A DNA stretch of 64,000 nucleotides from a virus. Lineage: Duplodnaviria > Caudoviricetes. The number at the start of each line of letters is the position of its first letter. Position 1 is the first letter of the stretch. Position numbers and translations under genes: made by a program. The stretch lies in IMG/VR virus record IMGVR_UViG_3300025387_000018, positions 1,579 to 65,578 of that record; one strand, 5' to 3'. Below are positions 35,756-45,445 of this stretch, piece after piece. The notes beneath the pieces are model-generated. The model saw nothing but the letters and a program-made list of their open reading frames with translations. It did no database searches and was not told where the DNA came from.

Positions 35756-37294
35756 ATGGGTGAACTTCTTCCAAGATATAAAAAGGCATTAATTGAAGAT
35801 TTAGTGAATACAATTTCATCTAACGTTTCATATTATTATGCATTCGCTTCAAATCCAGTTTCTCTGACAGCGGGTGTGCCAGATTTGACTGCGGACGAGT
35901 TCACCACAATTTTCACAAGTAACTGGCAGATGTTATTTGGTAAACAAATAACCAATAATAACATCTTGCCGGTTATTAAGAATATCCAATGGGCATCAAA
36001 TACAGTATATGATAGATATGATAATACTAATGCTAATCTATATTCATCATCATATTATGTGATTACTCCTCCATCTACTACCGGTGGTTCTCATGACATA
36101 TATATGTGTTTGGATAACGCCAATGGTTCTCCTTCCATTGTGCAGCCATCAACTATGTCTCCAATTTCTTGGACTTCAGCAACAGATGGTTATGTCTGGA
36201 GATATATAACTTCAATTTCTGATATTGATTATAAAAGATTTTCCACAAATGCATATGCCCCTGTGTATGCTAACAATACTTTATCTATTGGAGCTTCTAT
36301 AAATTCTGGTGTTGATGTTGTGGTTGTTGCTAATGGTGGTTCGAACTATAGAACATATGCTAATGGTATTATTCAATCAAATCCATCAACAAACGTAGTT
36401 CAGATTGAAAGTACACAGTCACCAATTTCTAATTTCTTTGTTAACTGTGGTATATATATCTATACCAGCGGTCAGAGCACTGCTCAATTAAAAACAGTTA
36501 CTAACTATAATGTCAATTCTTCCGGTAATTGGGTTCATGTTGATACTGCAGTCAACACAAACGTAATAACTCCTGGCGTTACCCAGTACATCATCTCACC
36601 AAAAGTTGTATTCCAAACTGATGGTAACACCAATCCTATCGCGTATTCTGTTGTCAATGCTTACTCTAATTCTATTTACAAAATTGTAGTAACGGATACT
36701 GGTTCTAATATCTCTAGAGCAAATACATATATCCTATCTGGTTTGTATGGATCTGGGGCTAATATCTATGCAATCACTGCACCTCCTGGTGGGTATGGTT
36801 ACGATCCAGTTTCTGAATTGAATGTTCAGGGAATGTGTGTTGCTTTTAATTTTTCTAATAATGAAAATGGTACTATACCGACAAATGTTCATTACAACAA
36901 AGTTGGTATATTGAAAAATCCAAGAGTTCTGATACAAGCTAATGGAGCAAAAAGCTCCCTTTCTTGGACTAATACCACTTTCAGTCAAGTTTTACAAGCA
37001 AACATATCACCAACTGTGACATACAATGTTGGTGACATTGTTGTTGGACAGACCAGTAATGCAACTGGAACTGTGGCATTTTCCAATTCAACTACTGTGT
37101 ATTTGACAGGAGATAAGAATTTCTCTAATGGTGAATATATAGCTTCTAATACTGGAACAACCACACAGATTACTATAAATACACTTGGTAATATATATGC
37201 TAAAGATCTTGAGCCAATATACGTTCAAAATTTGATTGACGTGCAGCGCTCGAATACGCAGCTAGAATCTTATAAGTTAATTATTCAAGTTTAG
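35756..37294 (+). CDS. gp8: baseplate wedge subunit
   Basis: W...T.YD.YD, Y.CL.N..G..S...P, DGY.W.Y, PPGG.G.DP..EL, C-terminal Q.E..K.I... Confidence 0.85.
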   Translation: MGELLPRYKKALIEDLVNTISSNVSYYYAFASNPVSLTAGVPDLTADEFTTIFTSNWQMLFGKQITNNNILPVIKNIQWASNTVYDRYDNTNANLYSSSYYVITPPSTTGGSHDIYMCLDNANGSPSIVQPSTMSPISWTSATDGYVWRYITSISDIDYKRFSTNAYAPVYANNTLSIGASINSGVDVVVVANGGSNYRTYANGIIQSNPSTNVVQIESTQSPISNFFVNCGIYIYTSGQSTAQLKTVTNYNVNSSGNWVHVDTAVNTNVITPGVTQYIISPKVVFQTDGNTNPIAYSVVNAYSNSIYKIVVTDTGSNISRANTYILSGLYGSGANIYAITAPPGGYGYDPVSELNVQGMCVAFNFSNNENGTIPTNVHYNKVGILKNPRVLIQANGAKSSLSWTNTTFSQVLQANISPTVTYNVGDIVVGQTSNATGTVAFSNSTTVYLTGDKNFSNGEYIASNTGTTTQITINTLGNIYAKDLEPIYVQNLIDVQRSNTQLESYKLIIQV

Positions 37295-37305
37295 TAGGAA
37301 CTTAC

Positions 37306-40300
37306 ATGGCTTTCACCACGAACTTAAACATCCCTCCATATTATAATGATTACGATGAGACTAAGAATTATTATCAAATTCTTTTTCGTCCATCAACTGC
37401 AGTTCAGGCTCGCGAATTAACACAATTACAAAATATTTTACAGTCTCAGATTCAAAAATTCGGCCAGTGGGCGTTTAAGAACGGTGATATTGTTCAAGAA
37501 TGCACTATCAATGATGTCCCTGTAGTTCCTTATGTGTTCCTTGCAGATGCTGATGCAACAGCCAATGGGTATGATGCAAGAACATTCGTTAACTGCGTAG
37601 CTATTTCTCCAACAAACAATCTTCGTGCTCGTGTTGTGTTTGCCAACGTTGGTTTCCAAGCAAATTATCCAAATTGTAATATCATATATCTGAATTATCT
37701 TAACACTGGTACTGATGGTTCTATCATATTCTCTAACAGTCAACTACTTCAGTTTTACAGCGTCAGCAACAGTGGTCTTACTTTAGTAACAAACAATGCT
37801 AATGTTTACACGCTTTCAAACGTAGCTGGAACAAATACTACTGGTAATGCACATGGTATTATTGTTGGACAGGGTGTTGTTTTCCTTGATGGTGCTTTCG
37901 TAACAGTACAGACTCCAACGTTTGGGCTCGTTAACAATTTTGGCACAGACGCTGGAAATAATGTTGTTGGTTTCCAAGCGATTGAAACTATTGTAACAGA
38001 AAATCAAGATTCTTCATTATATGATAATGCTCTTGGTTATCCAAATGAAAATGCACCAGGTGCACATAGATTAAAGATCACACCTACTCTATTAGCATTA
38101 GATCCAAATACTGCCGCTAACACTTCTAATTTCAACCCAGTGGCAATTTATAATTTTAACACAATTATAACAAAATCTTCTGCTAACCAATTATATTCTA
38201 CAGTAAGCACTGCTATTGCTAAAAGAATTTATGATGAAGCTGGTAATTATGTAGTAAATCCTTTTTATGTTGATACTGTTACTAATATTGCAGGAAATAG
38301 TTTACCAACGCAGACAGGAAATAATGTTTATGGCAGAATCAATCCAGGTTCTGGTTACGCCCAAGGTCAGTTCGTTGAAGTATTGAAAACTGCTTACATT
38401 AATATGAGAAGAGGCGTAGATACTCAAGTAAACAAACAACAACAGATTACTTTTAATTATGGTAGTTATTTTATTTGTAATGAAGTTGCTGGTTCATTTC
38501 CAATGGACAAAGCACAAACAGTAAAATTATATGATACTCCACAATTAGCAATTACCAACAGAACATTCTCAGCTTTAACACCAGTTGGAAATTATATAGG
38601 AACAGCACAAATAAGATGTTTCAGTTATAGTTCTGGAACTCCTGGTTCTAATAGTGCATTATATCTTATACATGTGTTTAATATACAATTAGGATACGGA
38701 TACAACTCAAGCAATATTAAATCTCTTTACTTTAATGGTTCTCCGAAAGGTGTTGCAGACGTTTATTCTGCTGGGTTAGTGGGTGCCAGTGCTGCAAGTC
38801 AGATATATGGTTTTGGTGTCAATGGTATTCAGAAATTAAGAGATGGATCAAACAATAACAATTCTGAGTATGTATATAGATCACATCAAACAACTTCACT
38901 ATACTCCAATGGTGTTATTGTTGTGACTTTACCAGCTTCAGCAACAGGTGGAACTGATACTCTTCCTTATGGCGTTGGAACTCTGGCATATGCTGATTCT
39001 GCCACAACTCAAGTTATTTGCACAGCAAACGTAGATACTACAGCTCTATCAGGAACTGTATCTGTTTCTTCTACTAATACTAGTGTAATTGGCACTTCAA
39101 GTACTTTTATTTCTAATTTCTTCCCAGGAGATCAAATTAAAGTAGGTTCTACGATAAGAACTGTTACTGGTATTGTCAATAATACATTCTTATCTGTTGA
39201 CTCGTCATTTGGTGTTACTGCTGGTGGACAAACTTATTACAAATCTTTCCTTCAAGGAAAAATTATTTCAATACCAAATCCACTTAATTCTATTAATGGG
39301 TATATTAATGTCACAAACTCAACATCATTCACCGTTGTTACTGGTTTAACTTTACAATCTGCCAATACGGTTGATGTTTATTATGATGTACTGAGAACTG
39401 GCGTTAGTCCAGCCAAGAAAGTAATAAACAAAGATAGATTTGTTTGTATTAATGCTGTTGCTAATCCTCTTGGGCCATGGTGCTTAGGGTTTAGTGATAT
39501 TCATAAAGTAACTGCTGTTTATGGTTGCAACAGTACATCATATTCAACAAATGGTACAAACATTACTTCCAGTTTTTCTTTTGATACTGGTCAGAAAGAT
39601 ACTCATTATGACCTTGGCTATCTTTATAGCAAAGGAGGTTATAGAGTAAGCGATTATCCAAATCTATTAGTTCAATTAGATTATTTTACTACTAATAATT
39701 CTCCTGGTATTGGCTTCTTTACTGTTGAATCATACCCAATTCAAGATAACCCTTCATTGGCAAACAGTTCAACAATTTATACCAAAGAAGTTCCATTATA
39801 TGTTGCAACAGATGGAAGTCAGAAGTATCTAAGGGATTATGTTGATTTCAGAATTCCATCTATAAGTACTGCTGTTGATACTGGTAAAATTGATATTTCA
39901 AATTCTGCTCAAGTTTCCACAGCTATTCTATCATCAAGCGTAAATCCTTCTAATACTTTAACATTGGCTAATTCTACTTCATTGAATGTTCCATCATATG
40001 GAAGAAATTTTCAAGCTGATTATACCATGTATCTTCCAAGAAAAGATTTGGTTTATATTACTGCTGACAATATAATTAAAGTTAAAGAAGGATTATCTAG
40101 CACCAATCCACAGACTCCGTTGTTTCCAGACAATGGTATGGCTGTATCTGTGCTTAATGTTCCTCCTTTCCCATCATTATCTTCTGATGAGGTTCTACAA
40201 GATCAGACTCTAAATCAGTTGTCTAAAAACCTAGTAAGAGACACAACTACTGCTATTTCTGGTAGTCTTGTCACCAATAGAGGTTATAAGATGGCTGACA

Positions 40301-41130
40301 TTGGTAAACTTGATCAAAGAATTACCAATCTTGAATATTATACTTCTTTGTCACTTTTACAGCAATCAGCAACTGCTCTGACAGTTACCGATGCTAATGG
40401 ATTAAACAGATTTAAAAACGGAATTTTCGTTGAACCATTCAATGATTTCTCGTACAGCGATGTATCTAATCCGGAATATTCAGTGGCAATTGATGGTGCT
40501 AAAGGTATTGCTAGACCTAAATTTGCTCAAGAAACTATTCCTCTTAAATTCAGTTCTGGTTATTCAACAAACGTAGTAAAGACAGGTAGATGCGTAACTC
40601 TACCTTATACTGAAGTTTCATTCTTGAGTCAACCTTTTGCCACAAAATATAGATCATCTGCGCATGTTTCTGCTGCTTGGAATGGTTCTATGATTTTGTT
40701 ACCGAACTTTAACGATAATATTGATTTGAATCAGACTGCTTCTGTTAATGTTACAATTGATAATACTAAACCATGGCAACAGTTTGCTTCTTCTCCATTC
40801 GGTTCTATTTGGGGTCCATGGCAAACAACACAAGCAACTACTGTTCGTTCAGTTGTCACTGGAACTGCAACAACACTAAATGTGAACCTTGGTTATAACA
40901 TGGGTGGTGCAATCGCCGGAGTGGCTGCTCAATACGCAGCTGCTGGTTGGCAGATTGGTTCTATATCATCATCGTTCGTAGGTAGTCACGGTGGTACTGG
41001 TTGGGGTGCAGAAACTTCTTCTACTACTATAGCTGTATCTTCTGATACATCATCTACAATTGTTAAACCTTTAGGTAACGTTCCTAACTATCAAAATATT
41101 GGCTCAGGTTATCCAACATATCAAGGATAA
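37306..41130 (+). CDS. VrlC-like (DUF4815) baseplate/structural protein, N-terminal part
   Basis: N..PY..DYD..K.YY.ILF.P...VQARELTQLQ.ILQ.QI; NAPGA.R; RF.NG..V..F. Confidence 0.85.
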   Translation: MAFTTNLNIPPYYNDYDETKNYYQILFRPSTAVQARELTQLQNILQSQIQKFGQWAFKNGDIVQECTINDVPVVPYVFLADADATANGYDARTFVNCVAISPTNNLRARVVFANVGFQANYPNCNIIYLNYLNTGTDGSIIFSNSQLLQFYSVSNSGLTLVTNNANVYTLSNVAGTNTTGNAHGIIVGQGVVFLDGAFVTVQTPTFGLVNNFGTDAGNNVVGFQAIETIVTENQDSSLYDNALGYPNENAPGAHRLKITPTLLALDPNTAANTSNFNPVAIYNFNTIITKSSANQLYSTVSTAIAKRIYDEAGNYVVNPFYVDTVTNIAGNSLPTQTGNNVYGRINPGSGYAQGQFVEVLKTAYINMRRGVDTQVNKQQQITFNYGSYFICNEVAGSFPMDKAQTVKLYDTPQLAITNRTFSALTPVGNYIGTAQIRCFSYSSGTPGSNSALYLIHVFNIQLGYGYNSSNIKSLYFNGSPKGVADVYSAGLVGASAASQIYGFGVNGIQKLRDGSNNNNSEYVYRSHQTTSLYSNGVIVVTLPASATGGTDTLPYGVGTLAYADSATTQVICTANVDTTALSGTVSVSSTNTSVIGTSSTFISNFFPGDQIKVGSTIRTVTGIVNNTFLSVDSSFGVTAGGQTYYKSFLQGKIISIPNPLNSINGYINVTNSTSFTVVTGLTLQSANTVDVYYDVLRTGVSPAKKVINKDRFVCINAVANPLGPWCLGFSDIHKVTAVYGCNSTSYSTNGTNITSSFSFDTGQKDTHYDLGYLYSKGGYRVSDYPNLLVQLDYFTTNNSPGIGFFTVESYPIQDNPSLANSSTIYTKEVPLYVATDGSQKYLRDYVDFRIPSISTAVDTGKIDISNSAQVSTAILSSSVNPSNTLTLANSTSLNVPSYGRNFQADYTMYLPRKDLVYITADNIIKVKEGLSSTNPQTPLFPDNGMAVSVLNVPPFPSLSSDEVLQDQTLNQLSKNLVRDTTTAISGSLVTNRGYKMADIGKLDQRITNLEYYTSLSLLQQSATALTVTDANGLNRFKNGIFVEPFNDFSYSDVSNPEYSVAIDGAKGIARPKFAQETIPLKFSSGYSTNVVKTGRCVTLPYTEVSFLSQPFATKYRSSAHVSAAWNGSMILLPNFNDNIDLNQTASVNVTIDNTKPWQQFASSPFGSIWGPWQTTQATTVRSVVTGTATTLNVNLGYNMGGAIAGVAAQYAAAGWQIGSISSSFVGSHGGTGWGAETSSTTIAVSSDTSSTIVKPLGNVPNYQNIGSGYPTYQG

Positions 41131-41160
41131 ATATTATATTATTGAATCAGGAGATTTAAA

Positions 41161-43863
41161 TTGGCAGCAGTTAATACAACAACAACCACAGTAGTCACAA
41201 CTTCCACTAGTCAAGGAATTCAGTTAACTGTTGGTTCGCAGTCTAATACATTTAATGTTGGTAATTTTATAACTGATGTTTCTATTCAACCATATATGGC
41301 GCCTCAGGTTATTGGTTTTTATGCTTATAACATGAGACCAAACCAAAGAATGCATGTTTTCTTTGATAGCGTTTTGGTTGATAGTTATTGTGCTCCTGGA
41401 ATTATTCCTGCTCTTGAAAATGCCGGAACTGGCAACACATCATTATCATTAGACACTTCTACTGCTCAAACTGTTCAATTGACTGGTTCTTGGGGAGCTG
41501 CAATTTATTCTAATTCAAAAGGTCATGTTTCTGGTCAGTTTTCTGTTCCTGCTGGTACATTCAGAACAGGCGAAAGAGTTCTTGAAATTGTTGACGTGGA
41601 TAATATTGCACAGGGATCAGATGCTTTAACGACAAGAGCTTCTGCTTCATTTACTGCTTCTAATTTGAGTGTGACAAAACAAGGCGTTACACTAACAACT
41701 GTTAATCCAGTATTAGGAACTATGGCTGTATCTAATACAGTTGTTTCAACAAACGTCAGCGTACATAGCACAACTATTGCTGACGTTATTAATCTTTCTT
41801 CATATTATGAACCGATCGCACAAGGATTGACTATCAACACACCACAAGGCGAAGCTGGTATTTATGCGACTTCTATTGATCTTTTTTTCAAACAGAAATC
41901 TTTAACATCAGATCATGGCGTAACAACATATCTCTGCGAAGTAAATAATGGATATCCTGATGGTAATAGAATATTACCATTCTCCACTGTTCACTTAAAT
42001 TATAATGAAATTAACACCAGCACCAATTCAACAGTGCCAACTACATTTAAATATGAATCTCCAGTGTTTCTTAATAACGGTCAAGAATATGCATTCATAG
42101 TTAGACCTGATGCTGGCGATCCAGATTATTTTGTTTATTCTGCAAACTTAGGTGATATTGATTACGCCACAAATCAACAAGTCTATAGTCAGCCAACTGT
42201 AGGAACAGCATTCTATGGTGCTACCATGGGTGAATGGACAGCTTTACAGACAGAATATATCAAATTCAATCTGAAAAGAGCAAGTTTCTCCTCATTATCT
42301 GGTAATGCTGTGTTTTTAAATGCAAACACTGATTACATTTCAATATATAATCTAACATATGTTAATACTAGCGTAACAGTTCTTCCTGGTGATGTAGTCT
42401 ATCAAGCATCAAATTCAACATTTACCACAGCTAATACCCAAATACATGGAAATCTAAGATATTATGATAGTGTAAAAGGTTTATTCTATCTTGAGGATTC
42501 AACAGCCAATTTTACGAGTAACTCTTTTATCCAAATCCACAGATATGCTAATTCATATTTGGCTTCTCTCAACACACCAAATACTGCAACGTTGATTGCA
42601 TATGCAAACACAGCTGTTATGTATAATCCAAAAATTGATGACATTGTTGGACAATTTGCTACATTGATTCCGGCAGGCACTGGACTAACTTTCAATTATA
42701 CTGGATCCAGTAATACATTCCAGTCAGAATACCCAACAACAAATCAGATTACTCTTGGGTATGAGAGAGAATTTTATGATTATGAAAGAATGGTATCTAG
42801 TGTTTCTAATGAATATCTTATGAGTGGTTTCCCTAAATCCATGGTGATCAACGGTATATTCAATAGCGATTCAGAATTTATTTCACCAATGATTGATACT
42901 GTCAGAGCAAATGCTCTGGTTATCAGAAATCTAGTAGATTTTCCTCAGATTGTTTATAATGAATTTTTCAATAATGGCCAATCAAGAACAAAATATATTT
43001 CAAAAATTATTACTCTTGCACCTGGACAAGACGCACAGGATATTCAAATAATCCTTTCTGCTCACAGACCACCAGGAACTGATATTAAAGTTTATGGTAA
43101 ATTTTTAAATGGAGATGATACAGATCCGATTAGCAATAAAACATGGACTCCTTTAAACAATAATGTTTACGATTTATATTGCGACCCAAGTAACCCAGCA
43201 GACTATAAAGAATATACATTCTCTGCATATAATTATTATAATCTTGTTACTACAAGTGGAACTATCACTGCTTCAAACACCAGCACAACTATCACAGGTA
43301 CAGGAACTTTATTTGGAGATGAGAACCAAATTGGTTACTGGATCAATATGCAAGCAAATAGCACCTTCAATGAATCAGCGAGACAGATTGTTTCTATAAC
43401 TTCAAACACTTCTATGACTCTCAATGCTCCATTTAATGGTAATTATACTGGGCAACCTTATTACATTGTTGTTCCACCGACAACTGCTTATTTGTCAACA
43501 TCTTCCAATACACTACTAACTGGAACATTCACAACATCTACCACAAACAATGCAATTATAGGATCAGGAACTAACTTTACTGGTCAGCTTGCCGCTGGTA
43601 ATATTCTTGCAATCGACGGCGATGAACAAATTATAGTCTCAATTGCAAATTCAACATATTTGACAGTTCAAACTCCTTGGTTGACAAGTAATACTGGAGC
43701 GACTGGATATTCAGTAAGTCCCGCTGGTTTGACATACCTAAATGCTTCTGGTGGTTCTTATACCAAATTCAAACAGTTCCAAATTAAAATAATTCTACAA
43801 TCCAAAGACAGCACTAAAATTCCAATTATAGATAGCGTTCAAGCATTAGCATTACAACTATAA
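41161..43863 (+). CDS. VrlC-like structural protein, C-terminal part (TTG start)
   Basis: F..GER, EP.AQ, TS.DLFF..K, F.F..PV.L..G.EYA, K.F.IKI.L; AGGAG RBS. Confidence 0.8.
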   Translation: MAAVNTTTTTVVTTSTSQGIQLTVGSQSNTFNVGNFITDVSIQPYMAPQVIGFYAYNMRPNQRMHVFFDSVLVDSYCAPGIIPALENAGTGNTSLSLDTSTAQTVQLTGSWGAAIYSNSKGHVSGQFSVPAGTFRTGERVLEIVDVDNIAQGSDALTTRASASFTASNLSVTKQGVTLTTVNPVLGTMAVSNTVVSTNVSVHSTTIADVINLSSYYEPIAQGLTINTPQGEAGIYATSIDLFFKQKSLTSDHGVTTYLCEVNNGYPDGNRILPFSTVHLNYNEINTSTNSTVPTTFKYESPVFLNNGQEYAFIVRPDAGDPDYFVYSANLGDIDYATNQQVYSQPTVGTAFYGATMGEWTALQTEYIKFNLKRASFSSLSGNAVFLNANTDYISIYNLTYVNTSVTVLPGDVVYQASNSTFTTANTQIHGNLRYYDSVKGLFYLEDSTANFTSNSFIQIHRYANSYLASLNTPNTATLIAYANTAVMYNPKIDDIVGQFATLIPAGTGLTFNYTGSSNTFQSEYPTTNQITLGYEREFYDYERMVSSVSNEYLMSGFPKSMVINGIFNSDSEFISPMIDTVRANALVIRNLVDFPQIVYNEFFNNGQSRTKYISKIITLAPGQDAQDIQIILSAHRPPGTDIKVYGKFLNGDDTDPISNKTWTPLNNNVYDLYCDPSNPADYKEYTFSAYNYYNLVTTSGTITASNTSTTITGTGTLFGDENQIGYWINMQANSTFNESARQIVSITSNTSMTLNAPFNGNYTGQPYYIVVPPTTAYLSTSSNTLLTGTFTTSTTNNAIIGSGTNFTGQLAAGNILAIDGDEQIIVSIANSTYLTVQTPWLTSNTGATGYSVSPAGLTYLNASGGSYTKFKQFQIKIILQSKDSTKIPIIDSVQALALQL

Positions 43864-43873
43864 GGAATATTGT

Positions 43874-44101
43874 ATGTTACAAAGCAATAACTATGTAAAA
43901 ACTAATGTAGATGGTTTTGTTAAAGATCTTACTACAGGCGCTATTTTGAACATAGATAATGCCAAATTGGAATCATATAGAAAACAAAAACAACTTATAA
44001 ATAATAGTATCAAGAATAATGAAAGAATTGATAGAGTAGAAAAAGATTTGACAGAAATTAAATCCATGTTACAAGCATTATTGAGAGAAAATAATAAATG
44101 A
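43874..44101 (+). CDS. conserved small coiled-coil protein following VrlC
   Basis: KD..TGAI.N.D....Y; D..EIK.ML..L. Confidence 0.75.
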   Translation: MLQSNNYVKTNVDGFVKDLTTGAILNIDNAKLESYRKQKQLINNSIKNNERIDRVEKDLTEIKSMLQALLRENNK

Positions 44102-44745
44102 TATTAGTTCAAAATACAGTATTATCTTCAACGTTCGATTTCTGGCGCAACAGAACGAACGAGATGGCAAACTATTTTACCACATGCGTTGTCACAACTG
44201 ATGCAAATGGAAGTACAACTTCTACCACTGGTAATGCTGCGATAACTGGAAATTTCACAGTAGCTGGAAAATTCATTTCTGGAAACACAACTGTTAATAC
44301 TGTTGCTAATTCTACTTCTTTGACTATATCAAATAGTACAGTAACAACAACTATTACTGGCCCAACTGCTTCTCAGTATGGCAATAATTTTATGCTCGCA
44401 GCTAATGGTGCTTGGACGTTCGTTTCTGTTTCTAATGGTTCAGTACAACATTCAGGTAATAATCTATTCGGTATCGATGCATTTCCTATGGCAGCTTTTA
44501 ATGGCGCTGAATATCTATTAAGTGTAAAAGATAACACAGTAAATAACTATTATACCAGTAAAGTTCTTGTTACTCATGACACTACTAATCCGTATATCAC
44601 TGAGTATGCTTCTTTCATAACAAACAATTCAATTGGGGTGTTTACAGCTGGCTCTAACCTTACTCATGTTATTCTTTATTTCACCAATTATGCTGCAAGT
44701 ACGACAGCAAACTGTACCGTAAAATACGTAAGAACTATAGTTTAA
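44098..44745 (+). CDS. virion structural / fibre-associated protein
   Basis: TF..WR..TN N-terminus; C-terminal ID.F.....AEY...V domain. Confidence 0.7.
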   Translation: MILVQNTVLSSTFDFWRNRTNEMANYFTTCVVTTDANGSTTSTTGNAAITGNFTVAGKFISGNTTVNTVANSTSLTISNSTVTTTITGPTASQYGNNFMLAANGAWTFVSVSNGSVQHSGNNLFGIDAFPMAAFNGAEYLLSVKDNTVNNYYTSKVLVTHDTTNPYITEYASFITNNSIGVFTAGSNLTHVILYFTNYAASTTANCTVKYVRTIV

Positions 44746-44755
44746 GGAAGATCTA

Positions 44756-45148
44756 ATGGCAACAAAAGCACATTTAGTCATAGATCAAGGAACTACATTT
44801 TCTACCGATTTGAATCTTACTGACTCAAACGGAGATCCCATCAATCTTTTAGGTTATTATGCAAATTCTGTAATGAAAAAATGGTATACTTCTTCAACTT
44901 TTATACCATTTACTACTTCAATCAATTCTTTGGCCGGTATAATCACTCTGAGTTTAGATGCTAACACCACAGCTTCGTTAACTCCTGGAAGATATGTATA
45001 TGACGTAGACGTGACAGAGATATTAGATGGTGTGAAAGTCGTATCAAGAGTGATAGAAGGTTATATCACAGTAACCCCAGGAGCTACAGAGGTAACTTAT
45101 GCAGCACCAAACACCAACATATTCCCTAATAGCGCACCGTTAACGTAA
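44756..45148 (+). CDS. conserved structural adaptor protein
   Basis: L.IDQG.TF, G.I.L.L....T..L..GRYVYDV, SRV.EG...V.P. Confidence 0.75.
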   Translation: MATKAHLVIDQGTTFSTDLNLTDSNGDPINLLGYYANSVMKKWYTSSTFIPFTTSINSLAGIITLSLDANTTASLTPGRYVYDVDVTEILDGVKVVSRVIEGYITVTPGATEVTYAAPNTNIFPNSAPLT

Positions 45149-45408
45149 TGTCCACAAATAAGACCATAAACGTAGTTGTATCAAAAAAGTCTAATCTTGG
45201 AATCATAAATACAGATGTTCCAGTAACACTGAAAAATGTTCCTACTTTGGCAACAGGCGTCAACAGCTTTGATCAGTTGAATGACGTAAATCTGGCACAA
45301 AGAACTGATGGATCGGTACCAATATACGACCAGCCTACGAACACTTATGTCGTGAAGCATATAGATTTTACTGAGATCGATGGCAACTTAGATGGTGGGA
45401 CTTTTTAA
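45148..45408 (+). CDS. small structural protein ending LDGGTF
   Basis: L.DVN......GS...Y; DGG.F C-terminus. Confidence 0.7.
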   Translation: MSTNKTINVVVSKKSNLGIINTDVPVTLKNVPTLATGVNSFDQLNDVNLAQRTDGSVPIYDQPTNTYVVKHIDFTEIDGNLDGGTF

Positions 45409-45412
45409 AAAA

Positions 45413-45420
45413 TATAAATA
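45413..45420 (+). promoter_or_regulatory. T4-type late promoter
   Basis: exact TATAAATA, 25 nt before a fibre gene. Confidence 0.75.
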
Positions 45421-45445
45421 ATTCAAAAACCGGAGAACCGTTTAA

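Noticed and set aside
41128-41163. Stop-codon read-through or an alternative genetic code joining the VrlC halves
   Set aside because: There are two different in-frame stops (TAA and TGA) plus a strong SD before TTG, and all other genes read cleanly in code 11.
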